The position numbers were made by a program, and so were the translations under genes. A DNA stretch of 64,000 nucleotides from Spironucleus salmonicida (taxonomy: Eukaryota), in contig NC_090599.1 in the NCBI RefSeq assembly GCF_000497125.1, positions 372,001-436,000 of the forward strand, in the 5' to 3' direction. Shown piece after piece: positions 39,008 to 53,321 of this stretch (positions within the stretch are counted from its first letter, which is position 1; each line of letters begins with the position of its first letter). The notes beneath the pieces are model-generated. The model was not told where the DNA came from. It saw nothing but the letters and a program-made list of their open reading frames with translations, and did not search any database.

Positions 39008-39116
39008 TATGCTTCATTTATTTAATTAACCATTTATTGAGATTAATTTACATTTATTCACACAAAATATCATCAACAATTAATATTATATTATTATTAA
39101 TATTTAGTCTGGTAAA

Positions 39117-39911
39117 ATGTCACTTGAAGCTGACTAAGTTGAAAAAGTTAAAGCCACCATCACAGAATATTCAGAACAGAATAAAATATCTTATTTACAT
39201 AAATATAGTGATATAAATGTTTCAGTGGCTTCTAGAATTGCTAAAGATTTATAACTATAAAAATATATATTACTCAATCCTATAATATCAGAGTTAACAT
39301 GCACGCTTTTAGATGATTTATAATTAGATATTGATGCTATTAAGATAGCATAAAAATGCATAGAATTGCATCCTATGAATAATAATGAATAAAACACACT
39401 AATTGCTATTTAAGAAAAAGTATCACGTTTGCTTTCAATAGATTTACACCCACAGTAAGTTGATTTAGACCTACATTGGATTCAGAAGTTCGCTCCTAAT
39501 ATTAACTTAAAAATACTGTTACCTAAAACACTAAATGATGCCATATCTCTGTTATCATCAGATTCAAATTTATATAAAGTTTTAGGTGTATACCAGTTAC
39601 CATAACTATACAGTCATGCTCCTAATGCACTTAAATACAAAGAGACAATAAATTTACATAGGCTTGTATCAAATGTTCCTTGCTCATTTCTTTTAGGCCC
39701 AAGATAATCACATAATTTAAAAAGTTCATTTGCGCGAGAAATAATTAGTTTTCAGCCTGAAATTTTCATAAAAATCTGCAAATTTTCTCATTGGGAATTA
39801 GCCAGTATTGTGTAAACGATAGAGGTTTTGGATGATCAGACATAGTAATTATTTTTGAGTTATCCAGAAGTCTAATGTATTTTTGAAACTAAGGCATTAA
39901 ATATGCAATGA
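39117..39911 (+). CDS. hypothetical protein (264 aa)
   Basis: Fully translated from MSLEADQVEKVK to CAA-TGA. Confidence 0.62.
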
Positions 39912-39952
39912 TTGGCTATATTTAAAAATGAATAATTTTTATACTCATATAT

Positions 39953-42900
39953 TCATACAACCGTTCTCTTTGCGATCTGATACACAACATTTTAACGAAA
40001 TACATCATCATCTTCTTGTATGTTAACTACAAGTTAACAGTCTTCAATCTAAGTAAAATCACCACTAACCACTGTATACGAATTTGTTAAACTGAAAATC
40101 CAATTAACTGCAAAATTAGGTAAAAGCTACAAATATTTATCTATGCGAATTTTGTCATAGTTATTTTTGTATTGGACAACAGTTTTCCACCTCATTGAAC
40201 TAATTCCAACTATCCAATTTAATTAGATTAATTCCGATTGATGAAGTCCATATTCCTATGCAACTTTTATTATATCACTAAACTTTCCAATTGGTTATCC
40301 AAAAGCTTAATAAAGATATTTAATGAACGTGAATTCGTTCAAGTCGTCATCAATAATCATTAAATGATAAAATACTCCCGGAAAACGTTTTGTTGACGGG
40401 AAAACAATAAAATTTGATAAAAAAGGTTTAATGAGCTTAATAAAATGTCGAGTTTCCATCGAAAATAAATCAACAAATTAGTCTAATACATAATTTTTTA
40501 ACGGTTTTGGCTCACCTTCATGATAAATACAAATTAAACTGTTAGCTGGAATTTTTTTCTTGCGAATATCCCGTGCTGTCTCCAAAATTTCTTCAAATTT
40601 ATAGCATACTTAAACTTTTCGTTCAGAAAACATATTGTAATTAAATATTTTTTCATCATCAAAAATTATCATTTTAGTTTCCTCTATCTCCTCATAAATC
40701 TATAGTGAATACTAGGCAGAAATTCGTATCTATGGATTTCCATTTTTGATAAAAATCATATCTGGTAAGCAGGATGGAATTTTCATTCCTAACCCATGTA
40801 GAACATAAACTTGAGATAAAATTTCATGAAAAAGTTAGGTTTTCTGCTCTTATGTTAGGGTTGTCACGATTTATTTTAATGACTTTTCTTGTTCAAAGTA
40901 GAATTCAGCGAATGTGTTGCTTATAATAGTTTTCTCGGGAATTTGAACGTTCATAGAATGAAAAATTTGACTATATTTTTGCAATATATCCGTTTAATAT
41001 AATGTCGCAATTATTAATTATAGGTCTTTTTAATTGCTTAATTTAGACTTCGATTTAAGCTTCTCCGTTGCACCCGAAACACCACTGTTAAAGGAACTTG
41101 CGGAGTCATTTGAGAGAGTGGAAAGATTTATGGTTGTGTTAAAGTGATTTTAATTATTATTTTTGTTCGATAATTTTGTGGATGGGTTAAAAGTACTTTT
41201 AGAAAGTGTGCTCTTATTAGTAAATACACTTTTTGATAGCGTATTATTATTGATGTAATATTATGATTGGACATCGAGTGCCGATTTTGATAAGTCATTA
41301 CTATTTATATCTTTTTATGCTTCTTTTGCATGCACAAACTTGTCTAAAATTTTCTAGAAGTCGAATTTAGCACGTGTGGAGACGATAAACCGGTTACTCA
41401 ATAAATAATTTTAATAACAGCCAGAGTAAGTAAGTTTTGGTGTTGCTTTATAGAACTTGTGTTTGTGAATATCAAGAATATTTATGTGTTCAGGAGACTC
41501 TAGACCAATTCCCAGAGATCCAGATAGGATGAAGCAATAATTTTTATGTTGTATAATTGTATGACCATATCTGCCTGAAGGCTAGTTTATCATCAGTATT
41601 TCATCAACAGATAATAATTTGGACTAATTGTATTTAATTCGGTAAATTGAATCATTTACCGTTAACTAGGCATCTATAGAACCCCAGATAATGTAAATAG
41701 ATGATTTAGTAATCACTAGTTAATGTGAATGAATTTTAGGAAGTAGAATTTCTTATTAGATCCATTTGTTTGTAGAAATAGTGTAGATCCATGCATCATT
41801 TAAAATATTTATTTTTATTTTTTAAGTTTATGAGATTCCAAATCCGTAATCAATTTAAATACCCCCAATAAGCACTAGTCTATCACTATCAATTTTTTTC
41901 AAGCATGAAAACAACCGTCCAGATGGACTTTATGGAGTAATAATCAACTATAAACCAGATGAAGAAAATTTGTAAAAATTTCCAGTTTATGTAAAGACGT
42001 AAACTGTATTTTCGATTTACTCAAATGCGGGAGCATATCGAAAATTATATTCAAAATCTAGGTTTCTTATTACTATTTTATCTTTTTCGAGTTAATAATA
42101 GGATTGACAGTTTCCGATTTCTGTAAAACATGGATGAGCATTTCTTAAAAAACATATTGTACCAGTCGACTAAAATCCAAATTAATGATCTAATAATGAA
42201 TACTCAAGAGAATTACGTAGCTAAGGAAATGTTCTAAGCGCAGTTTTAGTTACACCTTAAAATAAAATGGATGAAAGAATAAAGTATCCATATATTAAAT
42301 ATGATGTCGTGGCTAAATACTCTTGAACTAAGATATATTTATCATCCGGCAGAAACAGCTATGATTGGTGTAGCTAATTTGTTCTTACATTAAAAACTGC
42401 TACATCATGTCCTATCAGAAAAATATAATTTTGGAAATAAATAATTGAATGATAATTTTCTTTTATTTGACAAATTTCTTTTAATTTTTTAGATTTAAAT
42501 TCATATAAACTTTATCCTAACAAATATCCAACAGACCCAAAATTTTTATTTGTTGTAGTTTAAGTTTTAAACTAGAAAGTTGCTGGTATTTAATTTTAAG
42601 AAGTTGTATTTACGAACTATTAATGAATATTTTTAACATATAATCCGTCTTAAACAAGGATTGAGTAATCACCATTTGGTACAAATTCTAATTCCGTTTA
42701 TATTAACTAGTGTTCATAAAATTATAAAACCACATTATTCACAACCATAAATGCAGATTCATCATTAAATGTTATAGTCTATCTTGAAAAAGGAATAGGA
42801 AGTTAATATGATAAGTTTGTAATTTTTTAAGTTGATAATTCTATCTTAAATATATCTATTGAATTCTCATTTATAAAGAAAATATTATTATTTAAAGCAA

Positions 42901-42958
42901 ATATGATCTGGTTTGTTTCATTATTTTTGTTATAAATACAAATCTATAAATCATTCAT
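39953..42958 (-). CDS. Kelch/beta-propeller protein with unassigned C-terminal domain (~1001 aa)
   Basis: Kelch segments PSGRLFSCL..LVLIGG, NDAWIY, YIIWG and PSGRYGHTII. Start is the first in-frame ATG after an upstream TGA. Confidence 0.72.
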
Positions 42959-43519
42959 AATTCCCAAAATATTATTAATTACTAATTCATATATAAATTA
43001 ATATTAATCACTATTTTATATATTTCAAATAATTTTAATTTTGACATGAAGATTAAAAATTCAAAAATATTCAACATTAACTCAGTTCATAGCTTCTACT
43101 AAGAAGCGTCAATTAGTGTTAGTGTTACATATTGGTAATGTTAATTAAATGTATAATTGCATGATATTAACAGAGGTAAATTACAAAGTATTAAAATAAA
43201 ACTTTTAAATATGAGTTTATAGCATTATTGTTTTTAACTTAAATTTTATTGTATACTGTTCTGTAATTCTTCTGCTCTAAAATTTTTATTTTTATATTTC
43301 AATTAATTTAAATCTTATAAAAAAATGGGTATATTATAGAATCGGTAAATAAACATTTTTATAGAATATTAATATATGTCAACTATAGGCTTAAAGATGT
43401 TTAACATTTTAATTAGGTGATTACCTGCAGTGTAATATAACCTTAATAATTTTAAATTTTTATATTATTAATATATGAATATTGCAAAAATTTTTAGGTC
43501 CTTCCATTTTCTAAAATTT

Positions 43520-45952
43520 ATGTTTACACAGTCGTCGCAAATCTCTCAATCAAGACACGATGTCGATAGTCTGACACATGAAAATTTATCACTAAAGATG
43601 AAGTTATTACAACTAGAGTCTCATATCAATGAGGATGTATCTTCTATTCACGAATAAAGTTTTGCTGAAGAAATTTATCTCTAGATGAAACAAAAAGACT
43701 CCGTTTTGGAAAAAGCAAAGTAGTCTATTCTTTCAATTTAAACAGAAAACTAGTCTTTGTAACGTTAACATATAGAGCAGCAAGAAGCATTATTTCAATT
43801 AAAATAAGATAGGGATAATTTAGCCGAGAAGATAAAAGGATTAGAAGATAAAAATTAAAATTAGTTCTAAGAAATCGTCGGATATAAAAATTAAATTTAA
43901 GCTTTAACAAATAATGAGGATAAACTTACTTTGGATTTGAAGTAGAAAGAATTTTTGATTGCTGATTTGTAAAAAAGATTTTGTAATATGGAGTAATCTG
44001 AGAAAAACTTTGAAGGATAATTCAAGTCTCATTTATAAGCAGTAGATTTAGGTTACTAAGAATAAATTACGAAACTGAGATAATCTTTTTCTGAGTAGTT
44101 AGATAAAGTTTATGATGATAAACAACAAGAATTATAAAAGATGAGGCAAAAGATTTTGCTAACAGAGGACTCAGAAAGATAAGCTAGAATTGATCTTTAA
44201 AACTAATAATAGGAGATTACCTCTTTTAAATAGAGAGAAACATAATTTAATGCTCAGGTAGGATCTTTGAAGATTTAAATGAACGAAAAAGTGCTTCTTT
44301 AATAAAATTTTGACAAATTATAATAAGAAAATGAAGGAATTAAGGTAAAATGTACTAATATCGAAGAGTTTAATTCAAACTTAAAAGTATAGGTTTTAGA
44401 ATTAGGTAAATAAACTTAGGACAAAACTGATCTTATTATGAGATCGAAAGAAAAGCATGAAAAGTTAGTTTTGGTAATTAAATAACTATAATCTGAATCT
44501 GAAAAATCTTAGTAGGATGCTAATGCATATAAAACATAACTGGACACAAAAACACAATAAATAGACTCGAATATAAAGTAAATTTCATAACTGGAACGTG
44601 AAAATAAAGAGATATCGTAATCATATAATACAATAATAGCTAAAAATGAGGTTTTGGACCGTTCTATACTTCAAATAAACTCTGAATTTAAAATTTTAGA
44701 GCAAAATCATAATGAACTGCAAGGTTACTACAGGAATATTAAAGATGAATACGAAGCTGTGATTTCAACATTATAAATAGCACAGAAAGAAGTTGATTAA
44801 TTATAAAAAATGAACTATGACTTTAAGTAGCATAACCAACAACTATAACAAGAAAAGGAAGATGATTCAGATGAAGTATTAAGCTTATAAACAAGACTTA
44901 ATAAATATAAAGGGTAGTTAGATGAATAGATTAATAATGCGAGTAATTTAGCATTATAACATTCGTAAATAGCTCAAGAGTTAACTAATTAAAAGTTAGA
45001 AAAAGAAACGTATCAAAAATAATTTGAAAATTCGGAGCAAAACTTTGAAAAATTATATAATGAACACAACTAAATAAAATAGTAGTTTGAATAGCTAAAT
45101 GGTGAACACGGGCAACTACAGATTTAATTCTAACTTATAAAACAAGAGTTGGAGAGGGCACAACACTAATTGGATAACATTCTTAATGAAAAGTAGTAAA
45201 CAGAATAGTTTATAGAAAACTAATAAAAAGAAAAGTACTAAGTAGTATAATCTTTAGAATAGTAATACTCAGAAGCTGTTGCTTTTGCTAAATAGTTATA
45301 GAAATTACTTACAGAATTCTATAATGAATTTAATTCCAAATACACAGGGTACTAGCCTGATTTCTCAATGCAAGCATCACTATTTTCAGTTACCTCTAAT
45401 TTAGGCCCAAATAAAACATAAGATGTGTATAGAACTATTGGAGATCTGAAGAATAAGTGCTTTGATTGTCTTAAGCGGTTAGAAGATGAAAAATCTTAAA
45501 ATTAATCTAATTTATAAAAGTCATAGGCTTTATAATTAGAGTTAGATGGCGCAAACTCGTAGCTATAGTATTTACAAAAATAATTATTTGATAACTAACA
45601 GAATGGATAGTCATAATAATAGGAGCACATAGAACTGTAAACAGAAACAATGCAATTAAGAAATAAAGTAGTAGAAATTGAATCTACTTTAAAATAAGCA
45701 ATGGACTAAAGGTAACAGCTTAAATAGTAAAAACAAGATTAGTTAAATAAAATTGATGATATCAATCGTAAAAATAGAGAATTGAAATAATCTAACGAAA
45801 ACTTATAACAAAAATTGGGACAAGAGGTTAGAACAATTTAAGAATAGTTTTAAGGATAAGTTAAGGGTCTATATAACAGATGTATCATGATAGGATAAGT
45901 AGAAGCTTTGAAAAAAGAGATCAACGATTTTTATATGAAACTTGCAATGTGA
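43520..45952 (+). CDS. long coiled-coil protein with possible centrosomin-motif-1 (CM1)-like N-terminus (810 aa)
   Basis: HDVDSLTHENLSLKMKLLQLESHI followed by Q/E/K-rich heptads. An alternative in-frame ATG exists at 43475. Confidence 0.72.
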
Positions 45953-46005
45953 GTTGTGCGAATTACTATATATTATAATATAAAAAGTATTTTTCTTTCC
46001 TATAT

Positions 46006-46455
46006 ATGCCTCCTAAACATTTTGTGCATCCACGTTCTCGTGAAGCAGAGTATACATTCGCACGCAAAAATAGAGATATTCGAGTAAGAGATTAATCATT
46101 AGCACATAGATCTAACAAAAGATAGCCGATAATAGGTCTCTATAAATTTTTGTAGGACAAATGTCTTTTAAATAAAGATAAGCATGAATATCATGAGTAA
46201 GATATAGTCAAAATGACAACTGAATATATTCTTAGCTCATATACTAATTTGTAATAGTTAAAGTCAAATATTGCTAATCAGTCAAAATAATTGGCTTTTA
46301 GTTCAGCAGTTTAAATGTTCAACTAAGGCTAGTTTGACGTGCCAGATATTACTGATAAGTATGTCACAGTGAAACTTTTGTTATGGGATGGCTAGTCATC
46401 TTCTGCTAGTGGTCTTAAAACAATAAAAATTAAAGGAAACATTAAGATTGAATGA
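46006..46455 (+). CDS. TMA16: translation machinery-associated protein 16-like (149 aa)
   Basis: HPRSREA near the N-terminus and GQFDVPDI...LLWDG near the C-terminus. Confidence 0.78.
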
Positions 46456-46495
46456 TTTACTATTCTATATTATATAATAATAGTTTTAAATTAAA

Positions 46496-47074
46496 ATGGA
46501 AATTAAGCCTGAGGAAGAACTAGTAACAAGAAGCTTTTTTAAACAAACTTTATACTATTCAGTAGCTAATTAAATATATTATTACAAGTTATAGCTTAAT
46601 CCTTTCAATTTTAAATAGATAAGTGGCTTAATTTCTGTAGAGTTTGAAAACTAAATTGAGAACTAACAGTCCATCTCGTATTATCTTCCAATAAATCATT
46701 TTCTATTCACTGTGGAATTTTTGAAAAGCCTTACATAATATTAAGATATTTTTGATGCTCTAATTAATGTTCAAGGTGATATAAAAGAAGTTGATTTTTC
46801 GAAATGTCCTTTTTTAGACTAGAAAAATGAGCTTTATAGGTTTAATAAAGATAAATATGTTGAATTTTGCAAAGAAAAATATAATATTCTAATTTAGGAA
46901 AATGCACAATTCTTAGCACCTATATTTTTCTAATAATTTTACGATGACATAGTCCCAAAGCAGTTATTTTCACAAATAGAGAATTCTTATAATAGGCCTA
47001 AAGTTTCTCAAAGGACAGCTAAAAAGGTTTAGCCAAAAATTGGAAGTATTGATAGATTTGTTACGAAAAAATGA
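46496..47074 (+). CDS. RNase H2 subunit B-like protein (192 aa)
   Basis: LYRFNKDKYVEF segment and C-terminal PIP-box-like KIGSIDRFVTKK. Family call is tentative. Confidence 0.55.
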
Positions 47075-47118
47075 GATATTATACATGTTATAAGGTAATA
47101 TATTTTTAAAAATTTTAA

Positions 47119-48945
47119 ATGACCTCCTAATTGAATTAGAGAGCGTTAGATATGCTGCGTTAAACGGAAAGTGAACTACAAAATGTCAAAAATTAGTATA
47201 ATGAATTACTTCAGGCATTTAACCATAATTTGGACCTTATTAAAGAGCGGGACCAGGAACTCTAACTACAAGATCAGGAAATATCGAAATTGAAGGAGAA
47301 TTTTAAACACACAAAATCGGTAGAACTATTATAAGACAAGCTTTTACAGTAAGAAAGCATAGCTTAACAGCACCGCGAGGAGTCAAAATCTCTACGAGCT
47401 CAACTGCAAAATGCACTTCTTAATACATCAGAAAATATATAATAATAAGAATCTGCAAAATCTTAACTAGATGTGGAGCTCCAAAAATCGAAATAATTTC
47501 AATTTCTGCTCTAAAAATCGTAAGAAACAACAAAAAATCTTTCACTGAAACTAGCTGATTTAGAGGCTCAAAATTCTAATTTAATGGCTAATTCCACTTA
47601 AACAAAAATCTAAATCGAAGTTCAGGCCCAAAAAATGGACCAAATGCAGTTCAGAATCGATGATTTATAGAGTATTCAAGGCTCTTTAACGAAGCAAAAG
47701 CAGGGATTTGAAGAGTAAATTTTCGAACTAAAAAGCGATAATTAGCGCCTAAGTATTGAGTATGTTAAAGCTAAAGAAGAATTAGTTAAAACGACACGCT
47801 AAATAACTGCAGACAAGGCCTCGATGGAGCTTATTTATAACCAGCAAAAGGACAAAATAAAAACCCTGAAAAGCGAAAATAAGCATTTATAATCACTAAA
47901 CTAAAAACTTAGCCAAAATACACACAAAATTAATTGTGAATCGGCGCAAAATGTGCAAATTTTAGCCCAAAAATCGGAAAATTACGAGGTCATTCTGGCG
48001 CAAAATGAAGCCCAAATAGCTGCTCTTAACGGTCAAATTCGTGAAAAAGATAACTTAATCCGCAATTTAGATCTTAAATACGTCGAATAAATCAACTCAA
48101 AATAGGCAGATTTGAACTACAAATCAACATAATAACAAAGAAACTAAATCGAATCTGACGAGAAAATCCGCAAATTGACTAGTGAATTGCAGCAGGAAAA
48201 AGCTAAAAACAGCTAGTTATTTAGTCAAATTAAAGACATTTAAGCGCGTGAAATTGAGGACAAATAGTCTTCGAATTACTCGCTTATCGTTAAGCAAATG
48301 CGTTAAGATATGGAAAACGCAGCAGAGAAAATTCGCGATTTAGAAGATTAACTTTTAAGGAGTGGAAAATCAAAATCAAATTCAAATCTTGAAAAATCAA
48401 ATTTAGAAACTTAAATTTTATCGTTGAAAACCGAAATTAACAGATTAAAGCAAGAAAATTTGGATTTAACACATCAAATTCGAATGGAAACGCAGAAGAA
48501 TTTAATAAATTATGCGGAAAAAGCGAGTACACAGGAATTGGATTTGGTAGAAAAGCTCAAAAATAAGCTTAAAGAAGCAGTTGATACTTTGCGAAATTTG
48601 AGTTAGCAGAACGAGAATTTAGAGAAAGAAGTCGTAATTTACAAGCAAAAATATACTAGCTTAATGGACATATATAATTAGTAATAAAGCGACAAAATGA
48701 GGAACACGGTATAGCATAATTCAGGATATAATAATGTGGGTGGCTAGCAAATTGAAAACATGATTGGCGAGTATTCGCCAATTAACACTTTATAACAATT
48801 AGCACCAGTTGTAAGCTTGAATAATAAGGTTATGGAATCGGATCATCGCTATACTACTATTGATGATTTTCCATCTCGGATAACATTCGATGATTCTCTT
48901 AGAGAAGGTATTTCAGACATATTGAAAAATGCTGGTATTAAGTGA
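47119..48945 (+). CDS. CCDC57-like coiled-coil protein (608 aa)
   Basis: LLQAFNHNLDLIKERDQEL resembles the CCDC57 motif DFxYNLxxLxERDxEL; long heptads; ends AAG-TGA. Confidence 0.68.
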
Positions 48946-48996
48946 TTATTTAAATATAATAGTAATATATTTTCATTTCTTTTTTCACTTCGAAGT

Positions 48997-51003
48997 ATGA
49001 CCAGCGATATAGATTTTCGTTAACTTGCAATTGAGCAGCTAGCTGCTGAGAAACAGTTCCCTCCTATTAAATAAGATTATAGTTAGTCTATAGTGATTAT
49101 TGAGAATCTTCCAGTGGTAGCCGCTGAGAAAATAAAGCTTTTACGGAATAAAATCGTGCAGACTATGGTTAAGGAAGTGACTGAAAAGTTCTCTAAGAAC
49201 TAGATTATTTTACACCCTGAAGGAGGATCGTGTATTCTTTCTTTCAATTTAATTAAGGAGGCAAAGGAATTTTTAAATAAATTTGATAAGTCATGCAGTA
49301 TTTTTGGTCCTAAATATGAGCTATCAGTGAAGTTGTGGTCTAACATAATTAATGACATTGAACTTAATCCTCCTTAACTTAGAGAACCAAGATAGGTCAA
49401 CATGGAAAAGGTATTTAACCATCTTATGGAAGATCAAGTTGTGTCAAGATTAGTGCTTGAATTTAATAACGGTAATAGCTAGTACTGTAGATTTAATAAT
49501 TGTTTAGGTTTAATAAGAGATAATAAATGTCTTATAAATAACTTATTATTTACACCAAAAGGTAATTTTTAAATTAGTTATGGTGGGAACGCTATTGAAG
49601 TTTATAATGAAGATGATAAATTTACATTCCCTATCGTTTTAAATGAATTTGAGACTATAAATTATTTTGTTAGTAAATGTGAAAGGTTCTTGTGCGTTAT
49701 TCTTAGCAAAAAACTTTATGATAAAACATTCTTTAAATATTAAATTTATAGTATTTTTGAAGAGTATTAAATATTCGAATCATTAGTTTTAACAGCTTTT
49801 AATACCATTGAAATTAAAAATCATGTTAACTTCTCTTATACTGGTAATCATATGTATGTGTTAAATGGGGCTGATGAGTAAATTATTCTTTACGAAACAC
49901 AACCTGAAGGTAGTTAAATATATAATTTAACAAAAATTAATCAATTTACTGTTTCTTCTCTTACTTAAATAGAATTTTCTCCAGTTTCTGATTTACTAGG
50001 AGTTTTCTGTTTGAAGAAAAATCTACCTTCTTCATTCTTTTTAGTTAATCCTAATAAACCCGAGTTATAATAAAAGGTTTTAACTAGAAATTTAAATATC
50101 TCAAATGCATATTTCTTATTTTCATTATCTGGAGATACAGTATCTATTATATCTGATAATACCACTAAAAAAGTAACATAGAATATGATATAATAAATAA
50201 AAATTACTACACATTTCCCTGTTGTAACTTTTAAACTTCCTATTAATCAAAAGGCTATGGCGTTAGTTATTTATAATTAAGATGTCATATTTTGTGATAA
50301 AGAAAAAGTTTACATGCTAAATGAAAAAGGAGAAGCAGATGTGATATTAGAGCTTCCATGCACACGGTTAGAGTATTGCGAAGTAACAAGAACGCTTTTA
50401 TGTATACATGAAGGTATTCCCGATAAATTAAACTTTGTAAAGACTCGAATTGTTTTTATTGATATAGAAACACGTATGACTTTGTTGTCATTTGAACAGC
50501 CTTTAGTAAACTTTTCGTTTGATCCTTATAGAAGATATGTATTCTTAGTTTAGAAAAATAAACTGACTGTTTATTCTACTGCAGGGAACTAAATTTTTGA
50601 TTAAGCACTTCCTGAAATAAAATCATTGATATTTAGACCAGAAGATCCTAAAGAAACTTCTCCTAGTAAAGAGCTGCGTGATAAAGCAGTAGAAGAATTT
50701 GACCTATATTTTAATAATTATGTAATAATGGAAAAAAATGCGATTATAAAAAGGTCTAACGAGAATGCTGAATTGAGACTTAAAACTAAAGAGGCATGGG
50801 CCAAGACGTTTTATTCAGAGAAAGAGCTTAAAGCTTAGTCACTAGCAAGAGAAATTCGTCTTACATAGATTAGAAAGGTATACCCAGAATATCTTTAAGA
50901 TGATTTGTAAGTATTTTAAATCGAATTTAAACTTAAAATTTCTGAAGAAAAGATCACTATTGCTAGAAACGAATTTGAGTCTATTTTGTTAAGTTAGGAG
51001 TGA
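48997..51003 (+). CDS. eIF3b: eukaryotic translation initiation factor 3 subunit B, divergent (668 aa)
   Basis: RRM start IVIIENLPVVAAEKIKLL, propeller region, FSFDPYRRYV, LIFRP and C-terminal charged helix. Confidence 0.78.
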
Positions 51004-51015
51004 AATTCTTTCAAC

Positions 51016-51846
51016 TCACTATTTTAATTGCTTACTTTATTTAAGAAGTCTTACAAATTGCTCAGAAGTATCAGCCAAATTATTTATACCGATTTCATTT
51101 TTTAGAATGTTATCTATTTAAACCTAGATTAACTTAAAATCAAAATTATTACAACTAATTATATTTAATTTTATAATAGATTACATATCCTTAAAATAAT
51201 CTTCATTTTGCTTTACTTATTAATTCTAAAGTATTGCAAACATATCATTTTGTGTAAAATTAACGGTATTATTATAGGTCTTTAAATCATTGATAAGTAG
51301 GTCAAGTCTGTTGTTTATTATTAGTTCAGATGGTAAAAATTAATATTGGTCGGATTATTATTATTTCAAAATTTTATTCATTTCTATTACGTCTAAATCA
51401 TGTAAGTTTAGTTATGGGATTTAAGAGATTTTTTCTAAAATTACTTATTATTATTTAAGTGCGAAATCTAATGTTTATTATTTTTACCTCTCTAAATTAC
51501 ACAATTATTTGATTTGTTTTTCGTAATTTTCAATTAAATTCCTATTTTTAAATTTTAAAGCATGGCTATTTTCAAGAAATTATTTAGCAAAAACCGTAGT
51601 ATAAGAATATGTCTAAACAGGCGAATGTAATTAATTGGATAGAGTTGTATATTGTTGTATAGTATTTTCATAATATTCGAATGTTCCTGCTAAATTCTCA
51701 AATTATTCAAGTTTGTATTTAGATAATCCAACATTCTTATTTTATGTCAATTTTATTTTTTCTAACTATAATATTTCAATTTCTACTAATTCCAACTTTT
51801 TTTATACCTCTAAAAACTCAATGTTTAGAGCTTAAATGCCATCCAT
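51016..51846 (-). CDS. hypothetical helical protein (276 aa)
   Basis: ATG and TAG-TGA in the same frame; N-terminal coiled coil. Confidence 0.6.
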
Positions 51847-51966
51847 TTTACATTATATGGATTATATATTAATTAATTTAATAAAGTGTACGAAATAGTA
51901 ATAATTAATTTTTTAGATTTATACGTATTAATATATATTATTTTATAGACGTTCTATTTCGTCAAA

Positions 51967-52956
51967 ATGAGTTAATACAGTAATTAAAACCATTACACCA
52001 ATTCTTTTTCAGATTCAGGTTTACCTTTAGAAAATATGTCAATTTTATCTAATTAGACTAATCATGTTGTTCCATTTAATTAGCAAAATTCATCTACAAT
52101 TTTTTTTGATTAACAAGGTGCAGTGGATCATGATTTAGTTCAGGAAGATAAAGGATAGTCTCTTAAATTTGTGTAATTCATAAATATGCTCCATAGATAA
52201 CATGGTCGTGAAACTAGACGATTACCTAGGGTTGGTAGAAAGGAATTAGACCTTTATTAGTTATATATGACAGTGTAAAAAAGAGGTGGCTATAATGCTA
52301 TATTATAATGGAAAGAACTTGGTGTAGATTTAGGATTACCAAACACTGTTACAAATGCAGGTTATATACTGCGAACAAAATACGAGTAATTTATTCTACC
52401 TTTTGAAAGATCAATAATGTTAAAGTATCCACCAATCCGAACCCCACATAGTAATGATTTGATAGGAGATGATGAAAATTGGATTAGACCTTATGAAAAA
52501 AATAATCCTAAATCTTAATATTATGACAGTTAGACTGTACATATGCCTAAATAAATGGTTCCATAGCAACCTTTTTAGTCGAAATTATAAAAATTATTTA
52601 TTAAAGATTTTCCCTTTACAGATGAGACTTTTGAACGAATTATAACATCAAATAGGAATATAACAGATTTAGAGATAGGCTCTTTGGAAAAGCTTACTAA
52701 GATGCCCAGGGTAACTGTATTTCCATAACATCTTACTCGTCTAGTACTTTATAATGTACCACCAATTTTAGCCGATTAATTCTTAGTTGGTGTATCTAAT
52801 TTATAGTTAACAGAGTTTAATATCACAGTTAGTTCTTTGGCATAATAATAATAATAATAGCCATCATAAAATTAATAAAAGATAGAGAACCGAGTAGAGA
52901 AATATCGCTAAGATGCATAAAGCATACAAAGCACTTTTCCATCTAGTCTTGATTGA
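51967..52956 (+). CDS. ARID/BRIGHT DNA-binding protein (329 aa)
   Basis: PRVGRKELDLYQLYMTVQKRGGY...WKELGVDLGLP...AGYILRTKYEQFILPFE. Confidence 0.92.
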
Positions 52957-53011
52957 TAAATCATAAATAAACATTTATATATAATTATATTATATATTTA
53001 TTTCTATCAAA

Positions 53012-53272
53012 ATGTCTAATCTCCCCATATCGAAAGTGAAGAAAATATCTAAACTAACGAATCCCAATCATTAAATAACAGTATAGGCAGCATAAAGTAT
53101 AACATTTTGTACAGAATATATCACAAAGTTTTTAATGGAGTAATCATAAAAAGTAGTCATTTCTAACTAGAAAAAGACCATAATGTATGATGATGTCAGA
53201 AAAGTAGTAGAAGAGACAGTTGGTTTATAATTTTTAGATGATACAGTACCAATTAGATGGGTTACCAAGTGA
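53012..53272 (+). CDS. H2A-like histone-fold protein (NF-YC / DPB3-POLE4 / CHRAC type, 86 aa)
   Basis: LPISKVKKISK, CTEYITKFL, KKTIMYDDV, LQFLDDTVP. Confidence 0.85.
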
Positions 53273-53321
53273 CCTAACTCATGATTACGATTATTATATC
53301 ATATATTATCAACATTTATAA

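Noticed and set aside
52843-52860. (TAA)5TAG as a microsatellite or stop-codon run
   Set aside because: It is an in-frame poly-Gln tract in the ARID protein.
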